Origin: Chiloscyllium plagiosum
Taxonomy: Eukaryota
Reading direction: 5' to 3'
NCBI RefSeq assembly: GCF_004010195.1
Contig: NC_057718.1
Span: 71,722,433-71,786,432 of the forward strand
DNA length: 64,000 nt
Positions 1 through 14,340 of this stretch are shown here, piece by piece. The notes under the pieces were generated by a model. That model saw nothing but the letters and a program-made list of their open reading frames with translations. It searched no databases and was not told the DNA's origin. Numbering within the stretch: position 1 is the stretch's first letter; each line of letters starts with the position of its first letter. Position numbers and translations under genes: made by a program.

Positions 1-1380
1 CTGGAGGTTGCCTAACATGGTGCCACTGATTAAGAAGGGTGGTAAGGACAGGCAAGGGAAATATAGACCAGTGAGCCTGATATTGGTGGTGGGCAAGTTG
101 TTGGAGGTAATCCTGAGGGACAGGATGTACATGTATTTGGAAAGGCAAGGACTGATTAGGGATAGTCAACATGGCTTCGTGTGTGAGAAATCATCTCTCA
201 CGAACTTGACTTGAGTTTCTTGAAGAAGTAAAAAAGAGCACTGATGAGGACTGAGCGGTGGACGTGATCTACATGGACTTCAGTAAGGTGTTCAACAAGG
301 TTCCCCATGGGAGACTGGTTAGCAAGGTTAGACCTCATGGAATACAGGGAGAACTCGCCATTTGGGTACAGAACTGGCTTAAATGACCAGTGGAGTGCCA
401 CAAGGATCGGTGCTGGGTCCATTTCATTATTTATATAAATGATTTGGATGTGAGCATAAGAGGTATAATTATTAAGTTTGCTGATGACACCAAAATTGGA
501 GGTGTAGTGGACAGTGAAGCAGGTTACCTCAGATTACAATGGGATCTTGATCAGATGGGCCAATGGGCTGAGAAGTGGCAGACGGAGTTTAATTTAGATA
601 AATGCGAGGTGCTGCATTTTGGAAAAACAAATCTTAGCTGGACTTATACACTTAATGGTAAGGTCCTAGGGAGTGTTGGCTGAACAAAGAGACCTTAAAG
701 TTCAGGTTCATAGCTCCTTGAAAGTGGAGTGGCAGATAGATAGGATGGTAAAGAAGGAGTTTGGTATGCTTTCCTTTATTGGTCAGAGTATTGAGTACAG
801 GATTTGGGGAGGACATGTTGGGGCTGTACAGGACATTGGTTAGGCCACTGTTGGAATATTGCATGCAATTCTGGTCTCCTTCCTGTTGGAAGTATGTTGT
901 GAAACTTGAAAGGGTTCAGAAAAGATTTACAAGGATGTTGCCAGGGTTGGAGGATCTGAGCTATAGGGAGAGACTTGAATAGGCTAGGGCTGTTTCCCCT
1001 GGAGTGTCGGAGGCTGAAGGGAGACCTTGTAGAGATTTACAAAATCATGAGGAGCATGGATAGGATAAATAGACAAAGTCTTTTTCCAGGGATGGGTGAG
1101 TCCAGAACTAGAGGGCATAGTCTTAGGATGAGAGGGGAAAGATATAGAAGAGACCTAAGGGGCAGTGTTTTCTCACAGAGGGTGGTACGTGTGTTGAATG
1201 TGCTGCCAGAGGAAGTGATGGAGGCTAGTACAATTGCAACATTTAAAAGGCATCTGGATGGGTATATGAATAGGAAGGTTTGAAGGGATATGGTCTAGGT
1301 GCTGGCAGCTGGAACTAGATCGGGTTGGGATATCTGGTTGGACCGAAGGGTCTCTCTCTGTGCTGTATATCTCTATGATA
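1..1380 (+). mobile_element. CR1-clade LINE, 3' part (RT, C-terminus, 3' UTR), frameshifted
   Basis: ORF pieces YRPVSL, SQHGF, INDLD..KFADDTK, LVRPLLEYCMQFWSP, RTRGHSLR; ends in a ctctatga tail. Confidence 0.92.
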
Positions 1381-1649
1381 ACTCAACTGACCCAATACCA
1401 CTATTTAACTAAGGAGCTGTTCCAATTCTTGTAATATCCCATAAACACACCCCTTTGCAAAAGGTACGTTCAAAATCCCGTTCTTAGGAGCAAGACAAAT
1501 TTCAGAGAGCGAAGTCAGTTAAGAATCACCTGTTGAAGCATGACATTTTTTTTGCACTGTTGCAGCTTCTGACTGCCTGCTGAAACTAAACCAAACTGGA
1601 AAACACCTCAAATGGGAGAATTGGCCACTCCCTAACCATCATTAATGTA

Positions 1650-1905
1650 AGATGTGGAGGTGCTGGTGTTGTACTGGAGTGGACAAAGTTAAAAATCACA
1701 CAACACCAGGTAATAGTTCTCACTTTTTCAGAGGCTGCTTCTTCATCAAGTAGCTAATGGGGCAGGATCACAGGACATAGAATTTATAATAAAAGATCAA
1801 AATGTCATACAATTGGTGTGAAGATTGCTGTCAAGTCTTTAATCATCTGAGGATGCAGGTTTCGAGTGACTAATATGTAGATCCCAGAACTTCTTTCAAG
1901 TCACA
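1650..1905 (-). mobile_element. Probable Penelope-like terminal repeat fragment
   Basis: Degenerate hammerhead-like TTGATGAAG..CTCTGAAA on - (about 1722-1752), next to a repeat recognised from memory as common in sharks. Confidence 0.4.
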
Positions 1906-1914
1906 GTCCTCCAT

Positions 1915-3080
1915 TCGAAGAAAATACTCTTCCATCAAAAAGGTATTATTGAGTTTGGCACTGGCCTTCCAACATTTTACTGTTGATGTGATGAACAATG
2001 TGCCAGAGACAATTGTGTACATGGACCACAATCCTCTTACATTCGTAGAGAGATTTAAAGGCAAAAATATGAGACTATTTCATTGGAGTCATCTGTTACA
2101 GGTTTTTAATTTACAAATTGTGCATGTTGTGTGTCATAAAAGTGTGATAGCAGATGTATTAAAGTGAATTTGACAGAAAAAATGTAGATAAGATTTGACT
2201 GATTCCAATGTTATATATTTGTGCAGAAATTAATATGAATAGTATAACTTAGATTAATGACATATGTATTTCATTGTATTGGAATTAAGAATTAGAGAAA
2301 AAAAGTGAAGCCATCTTCTCATAATGATGGTTTACTTATTTCTTAAGAGGGAGGTGTGATGAAATTTGAGAGAGAATGCTGTTTGGAACTGAGAGATTAC
2401 AAGCACCTGTGAATGTGACTAAATGACAGTCCCAGAGTGTACTGGAAAATTGAAAATATATAACATTTGGCTATGAAATGGATACCTGAGTTTTGGTTGC
2501 TGTTTTGACAACAATTTGAATTTAACCAATTAGTTTAAATTATGCCCCAGGATTGTGAAACCCAATCAAGTTTGAATTTATTGTTTTGCCAACATTGAAC
2601 CAATGAGATGATTCGATGTTGGGTCGTATAAAATGTAGACATTTTGAAAATTGGTCAGAGAGCAACTGTTGTAGAGCCAGAGAGTTATTTGCCAATATGA
2701 CATGTTGCTCTCCAAGAATTTAGGAAACCCTCTCTATCAAAGGTATCTTTCCATGTGAAATATACTCTCAGTAAAAAGAAAGGAAACGACCTAGCAGCTG
2801 GAAGATGGAAGACACAGAAGAAGGAAGCTACTGTGTGGTTTTGAAATTAAGTTGATATATTTTTAATGAGTGTCTTATGGAAACAGTATGATGTTATAGG
2901 TTTGGAGGCAGATAATAGGCAGTTAAGAGAAAAGAGGGCTTGGCATTGTGAATAGGTTTTTAATGTTCACTTTTAGAGTTAAAAAAAGATCTTATTTTCT
3001 TCAAATAATGGAATCTGGGAGTTCTTTGTCACTCATATTTTAAGAGATTACGAGGCGAGATTAGCTTTTCAGGGTGTTTG
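1915..3080 (+). mobile_element. Gypsy-superfamily LTR remnant: RNase H C-terminus, PPT and 3' LTR (Gmr1-like order)
   Basis: ORF 1949-2167 LALAFQHF..TIVYMDHNPLTF..RLFHWSHLLQ..VIADVL is retroelement RNase H. Polypurine tract AAGAGGGAGG at 2345-2354 is followed by TGTGAT. LTR 3' end uncertain. Confidence 0.7.
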
Positions 3081-3357
3081 ACTGGATTGCTCCACAGGCA
3101 GCTGTGTGGACTCAATAGACAACCAGTGCTCTAAATGACTCTTGAGTTTTAGCAAAAATATGTGAAGCAATTGCAGATTGAATGGCTGGATGCCTGAGTA
3201 CTATAACTAAGTTTGTACTTAGTAGAATAATTTTGAGCATGGATCAATGGTGCAAGATTGATCAATTACTTGTTATATTTCCTGACAATCCACATGTCTA
3301 CACTTAGGAAAGTAGCTTATCATGACTTTTACAGCATGGGCATTTCACTATATTTAG

Positions 3358-3615
<258 letters not shown>

Positions 3616-4570
3616 TAGAAAAAGTGGTTTTGGTCTCGATCAGGGAATTTCAGCCTTCTTCTGAGAGTGCTAACACTGGGGTAATGATTGTATGGTCTTG
3701 CATTTGTCAGTGTTGACAGTATATCTTATAGGCTATTTGATTGTAGAGAGGACATCTCAACCAAGCCAACCAAACAGCTTGATCTTTCTGAGCAGTAATG
3801 TACATTTACAATTCCAGCAGCAACCACTGCATTGCAGTTAGTGGCTGAGCCTTTCCCTTAATTCAAAAACATCAGGATCATTTGCATTGACAAGATTAGC
3901 ATGAAAGTGTTGAATGAACCTTAAACCTTTGAGGAGCTGGCATCACTTACTTCTGTAACAGCTGTAAACCCTCATAGCTGCATTTAATCTGTATACCCCC
4001 ACAATTGTTGTACTGAACACTGTGATTATAACAGCATATAAAACTCAATACTGATGCCACAAGTTCATGATGTGGTCTGTAGTGCTACACCAAATAACAA
4101 GAACAATATCTTTCCTAATTCTGGCAGTGCTCAAGGCAATAAATTCTAATCATATTCTATGGTGTCTGATAATCTTGGGGCTGCAGAAAATAACCAGGTC
4201 ACGTGAGCTGCTGATCTCCTAAATTACACATGACCTTCTGAAACCTATCTAACATGAAATGTGATCATGTCAGTTTGAACTTCTTTTGGCAATTGAAAGG
4301 AACTGGAAAAACTGGACCAACACCTCGGTCAGAACTTATTGCTGCTTTTTTTTAAACTAGCGCTGCCTCTGGAAATAAAGTGGATAAATCCATGATGGTG
4401 AGGAGGTATCTATGAATTAATATAGTCCTAGGAAAGCATCTTTTCCTTATTTCATGGTATGTGTCATCACTGGCAATGCCAACATTGATTTTTCAATGGC
4501 TGTTGAATTAACTGTCTTGCTAAGCAATTGCAGAGGGCGACTTAGAGTCATGGTGTTGGTCTGGAGTTTG

Positions 4571-5230
4571 CAGGTTCTCCCCGCCTCTCTGTGGGTTTCT
4601 ATCGGGTCCTCCGGTTTCCTCCCACAGTGGAAAGATGTGCAGGTTAGGTGGATTGGCCATGGCAAACTGCCATGTAGTGTCCAGGGATGCATGACTACTG
4701 ACTAATCTCACCAGCATTAATTTTGATTATGTGACACTGAGCATTTATAGCGGTACCACATACATTTTAGGAATTTGCTGATTTTTTTAATAGTCTTGTG
4801 CCACAAAGTCTCCGAAGGTTTGCTGACTGCTGACATATTATACCAGGTAAACCTAGTTGCCTATCAGCCTTCAGCTCAATTTTTGTGTGTGCTTCCCATA
4901 TCTGCTAATTCTCTGAGAGACCAGAAATCTGTCTTAACCTTAGATAAATTCAGTAATTGCACATCTACAACCCTCTGGGTTAGAGAAATCCAAAGATTTA
5001 CTTTCTTTTGAGAGAAGAGATATGTCCTCATCTAAGTGACAGGTTCTCTCCGTCTCTGTGTGGATTTCTGTCGGGTCCTTGGGTTTTCTCCCACAGTGGA
5101 AAAATGTGCAGGTTCGGTGGACTAGCCATGGCAAACTGCCCTGTAGTGTCCAGGGATACATGACTACTGACTAATCTCATCAGCATAAATTTTGATTATG
5201 TGACACTGAGCATTTGTAGCTGTACCACAT
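4571..5230 (+). repeat. Local ~190-bp direct duplication (SINE fragment plus flank) at 4571-4761 and 5040-5230
   Basis: Both copies read caggttctc..ccacagtggaaa..gtgtccagggat..catgactactgactaatctca..ttttgattatgtgacactgagcattt..taccacat. Confidence 0.85.
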
Positions 5231-6044
5231 TTCATTCAAGAACCTTTCATTATTGATTTCCCAGCCAAGGTAAAACATGGGCCGGCAAGGAGATTTTCTG
5301 AGAAGTGCCGATTTGTGCTAGAACAAAAGAATTCCTGTTTTGGGATAAGAGATCCAATCATTTAGGAAGTGAGGAGAAACCTCTCATAGATTGCTGCACT
5401 GCCCCTTTTTATAAAAGGAGGGGACTCTGCATTCCTGAAAACTCCTTCAGAATTGTGGAACTGTACTTCCATTCTGACAGTTGTTTTACCGTGCCAGAAT
5501 GTCGGAGAAAGAAAATAGTGCCCCATGTTCACAGAAGTTTCCTGTTGTATTGTGTAATTTTAAGGTCCAAACAGCTTCTGCCAGATGCTAAGTACATAAA
5601 GTGTGATGTTAGGATGCAGGGAGAGTAGGGTGCCAGACAGGTTGGAGTATGGGTAGAATGCAAGGCTGCAAAGGGGCTAGGTAATGCATGCAGTGTTTAG
5701 GGTATATCTGGATGGGTGGGGGATGTTGAGTCCTGCAGTAGGAATGGTTCGGTATGGAGCAGGGAAGGATCCATCAGTGGGGGAAAGAGTGAGCATGCTT
5801 AATGTCATGGAGAGAAATAACAGTGTCCAAAAGCAGGGGAAAGGAGGTTGTTAAAGAGCAGGTGAAGTGGTTTGAATCCAGAGTAAGGGAAGGAGGGGTC
5901 GGTCCCAGGGATGTCAGGTCAAGGTCTAGGGAGGTGTAGTTAGGCATGTGTAGTTTAAATATGGCGACAGTGAAACAGTTACCCAGGAGACAGACTTCCT
6001 TTTAGTCCAAATTTTCTTCTCCAAATTTTGATTTTAAACTGAAT

Positions 6045-8690
6045 TAGACCATAAGACATAAGGCCATTCGGCCCATCGCGTCCACGCTACCATTCAGTCA
6101 TGGCTGGTGGCATTTCAACACCACTTATCCGCACTCTCCCTGTATTCCTTAATTCCTTGCGAGGTTAAGAATTTATCAATCTCTGCCTTGAAGACATTTA
6201 GCGTCCCGGCCTTCACTGCGTTCCAAACAAAAAATTCTACAGGCCCACCACTCTCTGGCTGGAGAAATGTCTCCTCATTTCCGTTCTAAACTGACCCCCT
6301 CTAATTCTAAGGCTGTGCCCACGTGTCCTGGTATCCCGGCCTGATGGAAACAAATTCACAGCGTTCACCCTTTCTAAGCCATGCATTATCTTGTAAGTTT
6401 CTATTAGATCTCCCCTCAACCTTCTGAACTCTAATGAATACAATTCCAGGATTCTCAGCCGTTCATCATATGTTAGGCCTACCATTCCAGGGATCATCTG
6501 TGTGAATCTCTGCTCCAGTGCCAGTATGTCATTCCTGAGGTGTGGGGCCCAAAACTGAGCACAGTATTCTAAATGGGGCCTAACCAGAGCTTTATAAAGT
6601 CCCTGTAGCACATCACTGCTTTCACATTCCAACCCTCTTGAGATAAATGACAGCATTACATTTACTTTCTTAACCACGGCCTCAAGCAGCAAGTTAACCT
6701 TTAGAGAATCCTGATCTAGCACTCCCAGATCCCTTTGTACTTTGGCTTTATGAATTTTCTCACCGTTTAGAAATTAGTCCATGCCTGTATTCTTTTTTTC
6801 AAAGTGCAAGAACTGGCATTTGCTCACATTGAATTTCATCAGCCATTTCTTGGACCACTCTCCTAAACTGTCTAACTCTTTCTGCAGCCTCCCCACCTCC
6901 TTTGAACTACATGCCTGTCCACCTAACTTCGTATCATCGGCGAACTTCACCTGAATGCCCCCAAGTCCCTTCATCCAGATATAAAGTGAACAGCTGTGGC
7001 CCCAACACTGAACCCTGTGGGACACCACTTGTCACGAGCTGCCATTCCAAAAAATAACCTTTTTATCCCAAGTCTGTGCCTTCTGTCAGACAGCCAATCC
7101 TCGATCCATGCCAGTAGCTCACCTTGAACACCATAGGCCCTCACCTTACTCAGCAGCCTCCCATGAGGCACCTTATCAAAGGCCTTTTGGAAGTCTAGGT
7201 TGGTAACATCCACTGGGTATCCCTGGCCTAACCTACTTGTTACCTCTTCAAAGAATTCTAACCCCCCCTTACTAAATCCATGCTGACTTGTTCTAATCCG
7301 ATCCTGCACTTCCAAGAATTTAGAAATCTTATCCTTAACGATGGATTCTAGAATTTTACCTACAACCAAGGTTAGGCTAATCGGCCTATAATTTTCCATC
7401 TTTTGTCTTGATCCTTTCTTGAACAAGGGGGTTACAACCAACACCTCCGTGTTTCTTCAGCCACCTCCCTCAGAACTCTAGGATGTAGCCCATCCGGGCC
7501 AGGAGATGTATCAATTTTTAGCTTTTCTAGCACTTACTGTTTTGTAATGGCTACCATGCTCAACTCTGCCCCGACTCTCCTTAATTGTTGAGATATCACT
7601 CATGTCTTCCACTTTGAAGACTGACACAAAGTATTCATTAAGTTCTTCAGCTATTTCCTTATCTCCCATCACTAGCTTTCCTGCATGAATTTGGAGCGGC
7701 CCAATTTCTACTTTTGCCTCTCGTTTGTTTCTTATGTATTGAAATAAACTTTTACTATAATTTCTAATATTACTGGCTAGCTTACCTTCATATTTGATCC
7801 TCTCCTTCCTTATTTCTCTTTTTGTTATCCTCTGTTTTTATAGTCTTCGCAATCTTCTGACTTCCCAGTGCACTTTATATGCTCTCTCTCTATGATACAT
7901 TTCCTGACTTCCTTTGTCAGCCATGGCTGTTCCGACCCCCGAATAATCCTTCTTTTCTTTGGGATGAACTTCTGTGCTGTATCCTCAACTACACCCGGAA
8001 ACTTCTGCCATTGTTGCTCTACTGTCTTCCCAACTAGGCTGTGCTTCCAGTTGATTTTCGTCAGTTCCTCTCTCATGACCTTGTAATTACCTTTATTTAA
8101 CTGACACCATTACATCCGATTTTGCCTTCTCTCTTTCAGACTGCAGACTGAACTCTACATATTATGATTGCTATCTCCTAAGTGTTCCCTTACTTTCAGA
8201 TCTTTTATAAAGTCTGGCTCATTACATAACGCTAAGTCCAAAATGGCCTGCTCCCTTGTGGGCTCCATCACAAGTTGTTTCAAAAGCCATCCCAGTAAGC
8301 ATTCCATGAATTCCCTTTCTTTGGATCCACTGGCAATATTATTCACTCAGTCCATTTGCATATTGATCACTGTGACCTTGCCTTTCTGGCATGCCCTATC
8401 TATTTCCTAGTACATCTTGCGGCCCTGGTCCTGACCACTGCTGGGAGGTCTGTACATAACTCCCATTATGGTTTTTTTGCCTTTGTGGTTTCTCAACCTC
8501 ACCCACACAGACTCCACATCATCTGACCCAATGTCATTCAGTGCCATAGATTTAATTTCATTCTTAACTATCAATGCGACCCTCCCTGTCTTTTTGATAA
8601 GTTATAAATCCTTGGATGTTTAACTGCCAGTCCTGAACCCCCTGCAACCACATCTCTGTGATGCCTACCACATCATAATCATTAACGATT
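6045..8690 (-). mobile_element. CR1 LINE ORF2 (endonuclease + RT), 5'-truncated and decayed
   Basis: Minus-strand ORFs DYDVVGITE.W, EHLGDSNHN, NYRPISLT, DFQKAFDKVPH, KFADDTK, RPHLEYCAQFWAP; 3' (TCTTATGG)-type tail. Confidence 0.92.
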
Positions 8691-9019
8691 AGGAAGGGCT
8701 TTTCAAAGGGTTCCAGGCTTCCACAATCTTCAATTTCTGGACATTTCCTTTGGAGTGTGCTATGATGGGGATTCCACAGGGTACCCCCAAGCAACTTTTG
8801 TTTATGTTGGAATGACTGTTAGGTCATTGGAAAATCCAGGCTAATGTCTCTGTCTTCCAGAGAGTTCACTCTGCTGCCTCCATTGCAAATATGCTATTTC
8901 TTAAATATGGAGAACAACACTGCACAATGTCTCAGGTGCCCAACACGATTACAGCAAGACAACTTCATATTTGTAGCCTAACTCCTTACAGTGCAGGCCA
9001 GCATGCCATTTTCATTCTT

Positions 9020-9520
9020 AATTGCTTGATGTCATAGTCACAGGTGAGGCGCCAGAAGACTGGAGGTTGGCTAACATGGTGCCATTGTTTAAGAAGCATG
9101 GTAAAGACAAGCCAGGGAACTCTAGACTAGTGAGCCTGACATCGGTGGTGGGCAAGTTGTTGGAGGGAATCCTGAGGGACAGGATGTACGTGTATTTGGA
9201 AAGGCAAGGACCGATAAGGGATAGTCAGCATGGCTTTGTGTATGGAATATCATGTCTCACAAACTTGATTGAAGAAGTAACAAAGAGGTTTGATGAGGGC
9301 AGAGCGGTGGACGTGATCTAGATGGACTTCAGTGAGGTGTTCGACAAGGTTCCCCATGTGAGACTGGTTAGCAAGGTTAGATCTCGTGGAATACAGGGAG
9401 AACTAGCCATTTGGATATAGAACTAGCTCAAAGGTAGAAGACAGAGAGTGATGGTGGAGGGTTGTTTTTCAGACTGGAGGCCTGTGACCAATGGAGTGCC
9501 ACAAGAATTGGTGCTGGATC
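9020..9520 (+). mobile_element. CR1 LINE RT fragment (same subfamily as 1-1380)
   Basis: PEDWRLANMVPLFKK..SQHGF..CLTNLIE; nucleotide sequence closely matches 1-420. Confidence 0.88.
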
Positions 9521-12500
9521 CCAAGAGCAAAGAGAACGAAGAAAATTTACAGCCCAGCAACAGGCTCTTCAGCCCTCCGAGCCTGTGCCTATCCAAATCC
9601 ACTGTCTAAACCTGTCGCCCAATTCCTAAGCTCCCCACCTACTCATGCATCTGTCCAGACGCATCTTAAATGATGATCTACTACTTCTGCTGGCAACGCA
9701 TTCCAGGCACCTACCACCCTATGTATAAAGTATTTGCCATGTGTATCGCCCTTAAACCTTTCACCTCTCACCTTGAAAGCGTGACCTCTTGTTATTGAAT
9801 CCTTCACCCTGAGAAAAAACACTTATCTCTATCGACCCTGTCTATATCCTTCATGATTTTGTAGACCTCAATCACCGTCCCCCCAGATTTTCCTTTTTTC
9901 TAATTAAAACAATCCTAACCTACTCAACGTCTCTTCATATCTAGCACCTTCCATACCAGGCAACATCCTCGTAAGCCTTTTCTGCACCCTCGCCAAAGGG
10001 TCCAATTCTGTTTGGTAATGTGGAGACCAGAACTGTATGCAGTATTCTAAATGCGACTGAACAATGTCTTGTACAATCTTAACACGACCTGCCAGCACTT
10101 ATACTCAATACCCCGTCCGATGAAGGCAAGCATACCATATGCCTTCTTTATCACTCTATCCACCTGTGCAGCAAACTTCAGGGTACAATAGACCTGCACT
10201 CCAAGATCTCTTTGTTCATCAACTTTTCCCAAGGCTCTTCCATTTACTGTATAATTTGCCCTACAATTAGACTTCTCAAAATGCATTACCTCACATTTGC
10301 GTGGATTGAACTCCATCTGCCACTTCCCCACCCAACTCTCCTATCTATATTCTCCTGTATTCTTTGACAGTCCCCTATGCTTTCTGCCAATCTTCGTGTC
10401 ATCTGCAAACTTGCTGATCATACCAACAATGCTCTCTTCAAGATCATTTATGTATATCACGAACAGCAGCGGCCCTGTTTCCTTTTGAACACCACTTTGA
10501 GAAACTCCCTTCAACTATTACTCTCTGTCTCCTGTTGCTCAACCAGTTCTTTATTCACCTAGCTAGAACACCCTGCACACCACATGACTTCACTTTCTCC
10601 ATTAGCATACCATGGGGAACCTTATACAAAGTCCATGTATATGATATCTACAGCCCTTCCTTCATCGATCAACTTAGTCACTTCCTCAAAGAACTCTATT
10701 AAGTTGGTAAGGCACGATCTCCCCCGCACAAAACCATGTTGGCTATCACTGTTAAGCCCATTCTTTTCCAAATATAAGTAGATTTTATCCCTCAGTACCT
10801 TCTCCAGCAACTTTCCCACCACTGACGTCAGGCTCACTGGTGTGTAGTTACCCGGAATATCCCTACTACCCTTCTTATATAGGGGCAACCCTCCAGTCCT
10901 CCGGCACCTCACCTGTGTTTAAGGATGCTACAAAGCTATCTCAGGGCCCCATCTATTTGCTGTCTTGCCTCCCTCAGCAATCTGGGGTAGATCTCATTCG
11001 GTCCTGGGGATTTGTCTACCTTAATAACCTCTAGCCTACCCAACACATCTTCCCTACCTAGGTCAACATGATCCAGAATAATCAAACTTCTATCTCTAAT
11101 CTCAATATTCATCATGTCCCTCTCCTCAGTGAACACTGATGCAAAGTAATCATTCAGAATCTCACCCATTACCTCAGGTTCGATACATAGCCTTCCTTCC
11201 TTATCTTTTAGTGGACCAATCCTTTCTCTAGTTATCCGCTTGCTTCTTATATAAGAGTAAAAGGCTTTGGGATTCTCCATAATTCTGCTCGATAAAGCTA
11301 TTTCATGACCCCTTTTATCCCATTTGATTCCTCGTTTAAATCTGGTCCTACTCTCCTGATATTCCTCCAGGGTCTGTTCTGTTCTTAGCTTCCTGGACCT
11401 TATATACACTTCCCTTTTTCTCTTGGCTAGTCGTACAATTTCTCCTGTCATCCACGGTTCACGAATCTTGCCTTTCCTATCCTTTGCTTTCAACGGGACG
11501 TGCCTATCCTGTACTATCTTTAACCCATCTTTGAAAGCCTCTCACATATCAAATGTGGACTTGCCTTGAAATAGCAGTGTTCAATGCACATTTCTAACTC
11601 CTGCCTAATTTTGATATAATTGGCCTTTGCCCAGTTTAGTACTCTTCCCTTAGGACCACACTCATCTTTGTCTACAAGTATTCTAAAACTTTCAGAATTG
11701 TGGTCGCTGTTCCCAAAGAAATCCCCTGTTGTAACTTCTACCATCTGGCCTGACTCATTCCTTAACACCAGGTCCAATGGGCTCCTTCCCTTGTCGGACT
11801 ATTAACATACTGCTCTAGAAAACTCTCCTGGACGTTTCTTACAAATTCTGCCGCATCCAGACCTCTGACACTAAGTGTATCCCAGTCACTATTGGGAAAA
11901 TTAAAATCTCCCATTACCACCATCCTGTTGCCTCTACATCTTTCCATAATCTCTTTACCTATTTGTTCTTCTACCTCACGCTCACTGTTGGGAAGCCTGT
12001 AATACAGCCCCAACAATGTAACTGCACCCTTCTTATTTCTCAGCTCCACCCATAATGCCTCTCTACACAAGCCCCCATAATGGCCATCTTGAGCACAGCC
12101 AGGATATCATCCTTGACCAGCAATGCAACTAGTACCCCACCTTTTACTTACCTCCCTGTCCTGTCTGAAGCGTCTATATCCTGTAACATTTAGTTGCCAA
12201 TCATGCCCTTCCTTCACCCAAATCTCTATGATTGCAATAACGTCATACTCCCCAGGCACCAATCCAAGCCCTAAGTTCATCTGCCTTACCCACTATACTC
12301 CTTGCATTAAGGTATATGCACTCCGGGCCACCAGTTCTTTTGCGTTCATCTCCTCTCTCCCTACTCTTCCCCTTATTAATGCTAACTTCATGATTCTTAC
12401 AGTCTCCAGTTTCCATCTCGCTGTCTATTTGTCTTCTCTTCTGGTTCCCAGCCCACTGCCACATTAGTTTAAAACCTCCCTAACAGCAGGAGCAAAAACT

Positions 12501-13040
12501 CCCCCAAGGACATTAGTTCCAGTCTGGTTCAGGTGTAGACCATCCAATTTGTAATAGTCCCACCTTCCTCAGAACCGGTCCCAATGTCCAACCAGTCTGA
12601 ACCCCTCCCTCCTACACCATCCCTCAAGCCACGTGTTCATCCTGTCTATTCTTACATTTCTACGCTGGCTAGCAGGTGGCACTGGTAGTAATCCCGAGAT
12701 CACTACCTTTGAGGTCCTCCTTTCTAACTTCTCTCCTAGCTCCCTGAATTCTGCTTTCAGGACCTCATCTCATTTTTCACTTATATCATTGGTGTTGATA
12801 CGCACCAAGACTGTTCACCCTCCCCTTTCAGAATGCTCTGCAGCCGATCGATTACATTCCTGACCCGAGCACCTGGGAGGCAACATACCATCCAGGAGTC
12901 CCATTTTCGTTCACGGAACCGCCTATCTACTCTCCTCAAAATAGAATCCCCTATGACTATGGCCCTATGAGTCTTTTTCCTGCCCTTCTGAATTACAGTG
13001 CCTGCCATGGTGCTATGATCCTGGCAACTGCTGCCCTCCC
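9521..13040 (-). mobile_element. Near-full-length CR1 LINE including ORF1 esterase region and ORF2, decayed
   Basis: ORF1 IVIGDSILRRVDRRF..VCCLPGARV (SGNH esterase-like); ORF2 CIYLNARSI, GLYYRLP..MGDFNFP, SDHN, KSPGP, SCLTNLIEFFEEVTK, HLEYCIQFWSP. Confidence 0.92.
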
Positions 13041-13199
13041 CGGTTTTCATTTTTATGATGAAAATAAATAACCTCATACTTCCCCACATACTATAAAACT
13101 TATTTTCACTCAATTCAGCACCCTGATATGTACTGAGGGCAGCTGAATGAAGGTCATTCTCTGCACCCATTGAAGCCAAATGTCATAGAGTGACAGATT

Positions 13200-14340
13200 C
13201 ATATAACACAGAAACCGAACTCATCCATGCTGCTCAAGGTTCCCAAACTGCTCCGAGGAGGACCAATTCCACCATAGAACATCCCAGATGGCCTCTTTCT
13301 TCAAGGACCACAATTTCCCCTCCCATGTGGTCCGACGATGTCCGCCAGCACATCTCTTCCACCTCCCACACCTCTGCTCTTGAACCCCACCTCTGCCCTT
13401 GAATCGCAACAAGGACAGAACCCCCCCCCTCTACCCCACTAACCACCGGAAACAGCATATCATCTTCCACCATTTCCGCTGTCTACAAACAGACCCTATC
13501 AAAAGGGATCTATTTCCTTCCCCACCCATATCAGCGTTAAGCAGAGATCATTCTCTCCATGACTCCCTTGTTAGGTCCACGCCCCTACCAACCCACCATC
13601 CACTCCTGGCACCATCCCTTGGCACCATCCCTTGCCACCATAAGAAGTACAGAACCTACGCCCACACACCCCTCCACCACCTCTGTTGAAGTCCCAAAGG
13701 ATCCTTCCACATCTGACAGAGATTTGCCTGTACTTCCACACACGTCATCTACTGTGTCTGTTGCTCACGATGTGGTCTCCTCTGCTTTGGGTAGACAGAA
13801 CGCCAACTTATGGAATGTTTCAGAGAACATAACTGGGACACATGCACTATACAATCCAACCGCGCTGTGGCTGGACACTTGAACTCCCCCTCCCACTCTG
13901 CCAAGGATATGCAAGTCCTGGACCTCCTCCACTGTCAAACTCTAGCCACCCAACACCTGGAGGAAGAACGCCTCATCTTCCACCTTGGGACCCTCCAACA
14001 CACGAGATCTATGTAGATTCCACCAGTTTCCTAATTTCCCCCCCACCTACCTCATCCCAGATCCAGCCTTCCACCTCGGTACTGCTCTCTAAAACTGTCC
14101 TACCTGTCCATTTTCCTTTCCACTTATCCCCTCCACCTTTCTTTCTAAACTATCACCCTCATCCCCACCTCCATCTACCTATCACAATGCCAACTACCTT
14201 CCCCACAGCCCCACCCCCTCCCATTTATCTGTCAGCCTCTCTCATTCCTGATGAAGAGCTTATGCATGATATGTTGACTCTCCTGCTCCTCTGATGCTGG
14301 CTGACTGGCTGTGCTTTTCCAGCACCACACTCTTTGACTT
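13200..14340 (+). mobile_element. Penelope-like retroelement 3' part (GIY-YIG region plus terminal repeat)
   Basis: HVIYCVCCSRCGLLCFG..ECFREH..VAGHLNSPSHS..LEEERLIFHLGTLQ; terminal repeat with ctgatgaag hammerhead-like motif at about 14248. Confidence 0.82.

Noticed and set aside
1381..1645. Possible LTR fragment on -
   Set aside because: No diagnostic termini, PBS or PPT visible, so it cannot be supported without a database search.
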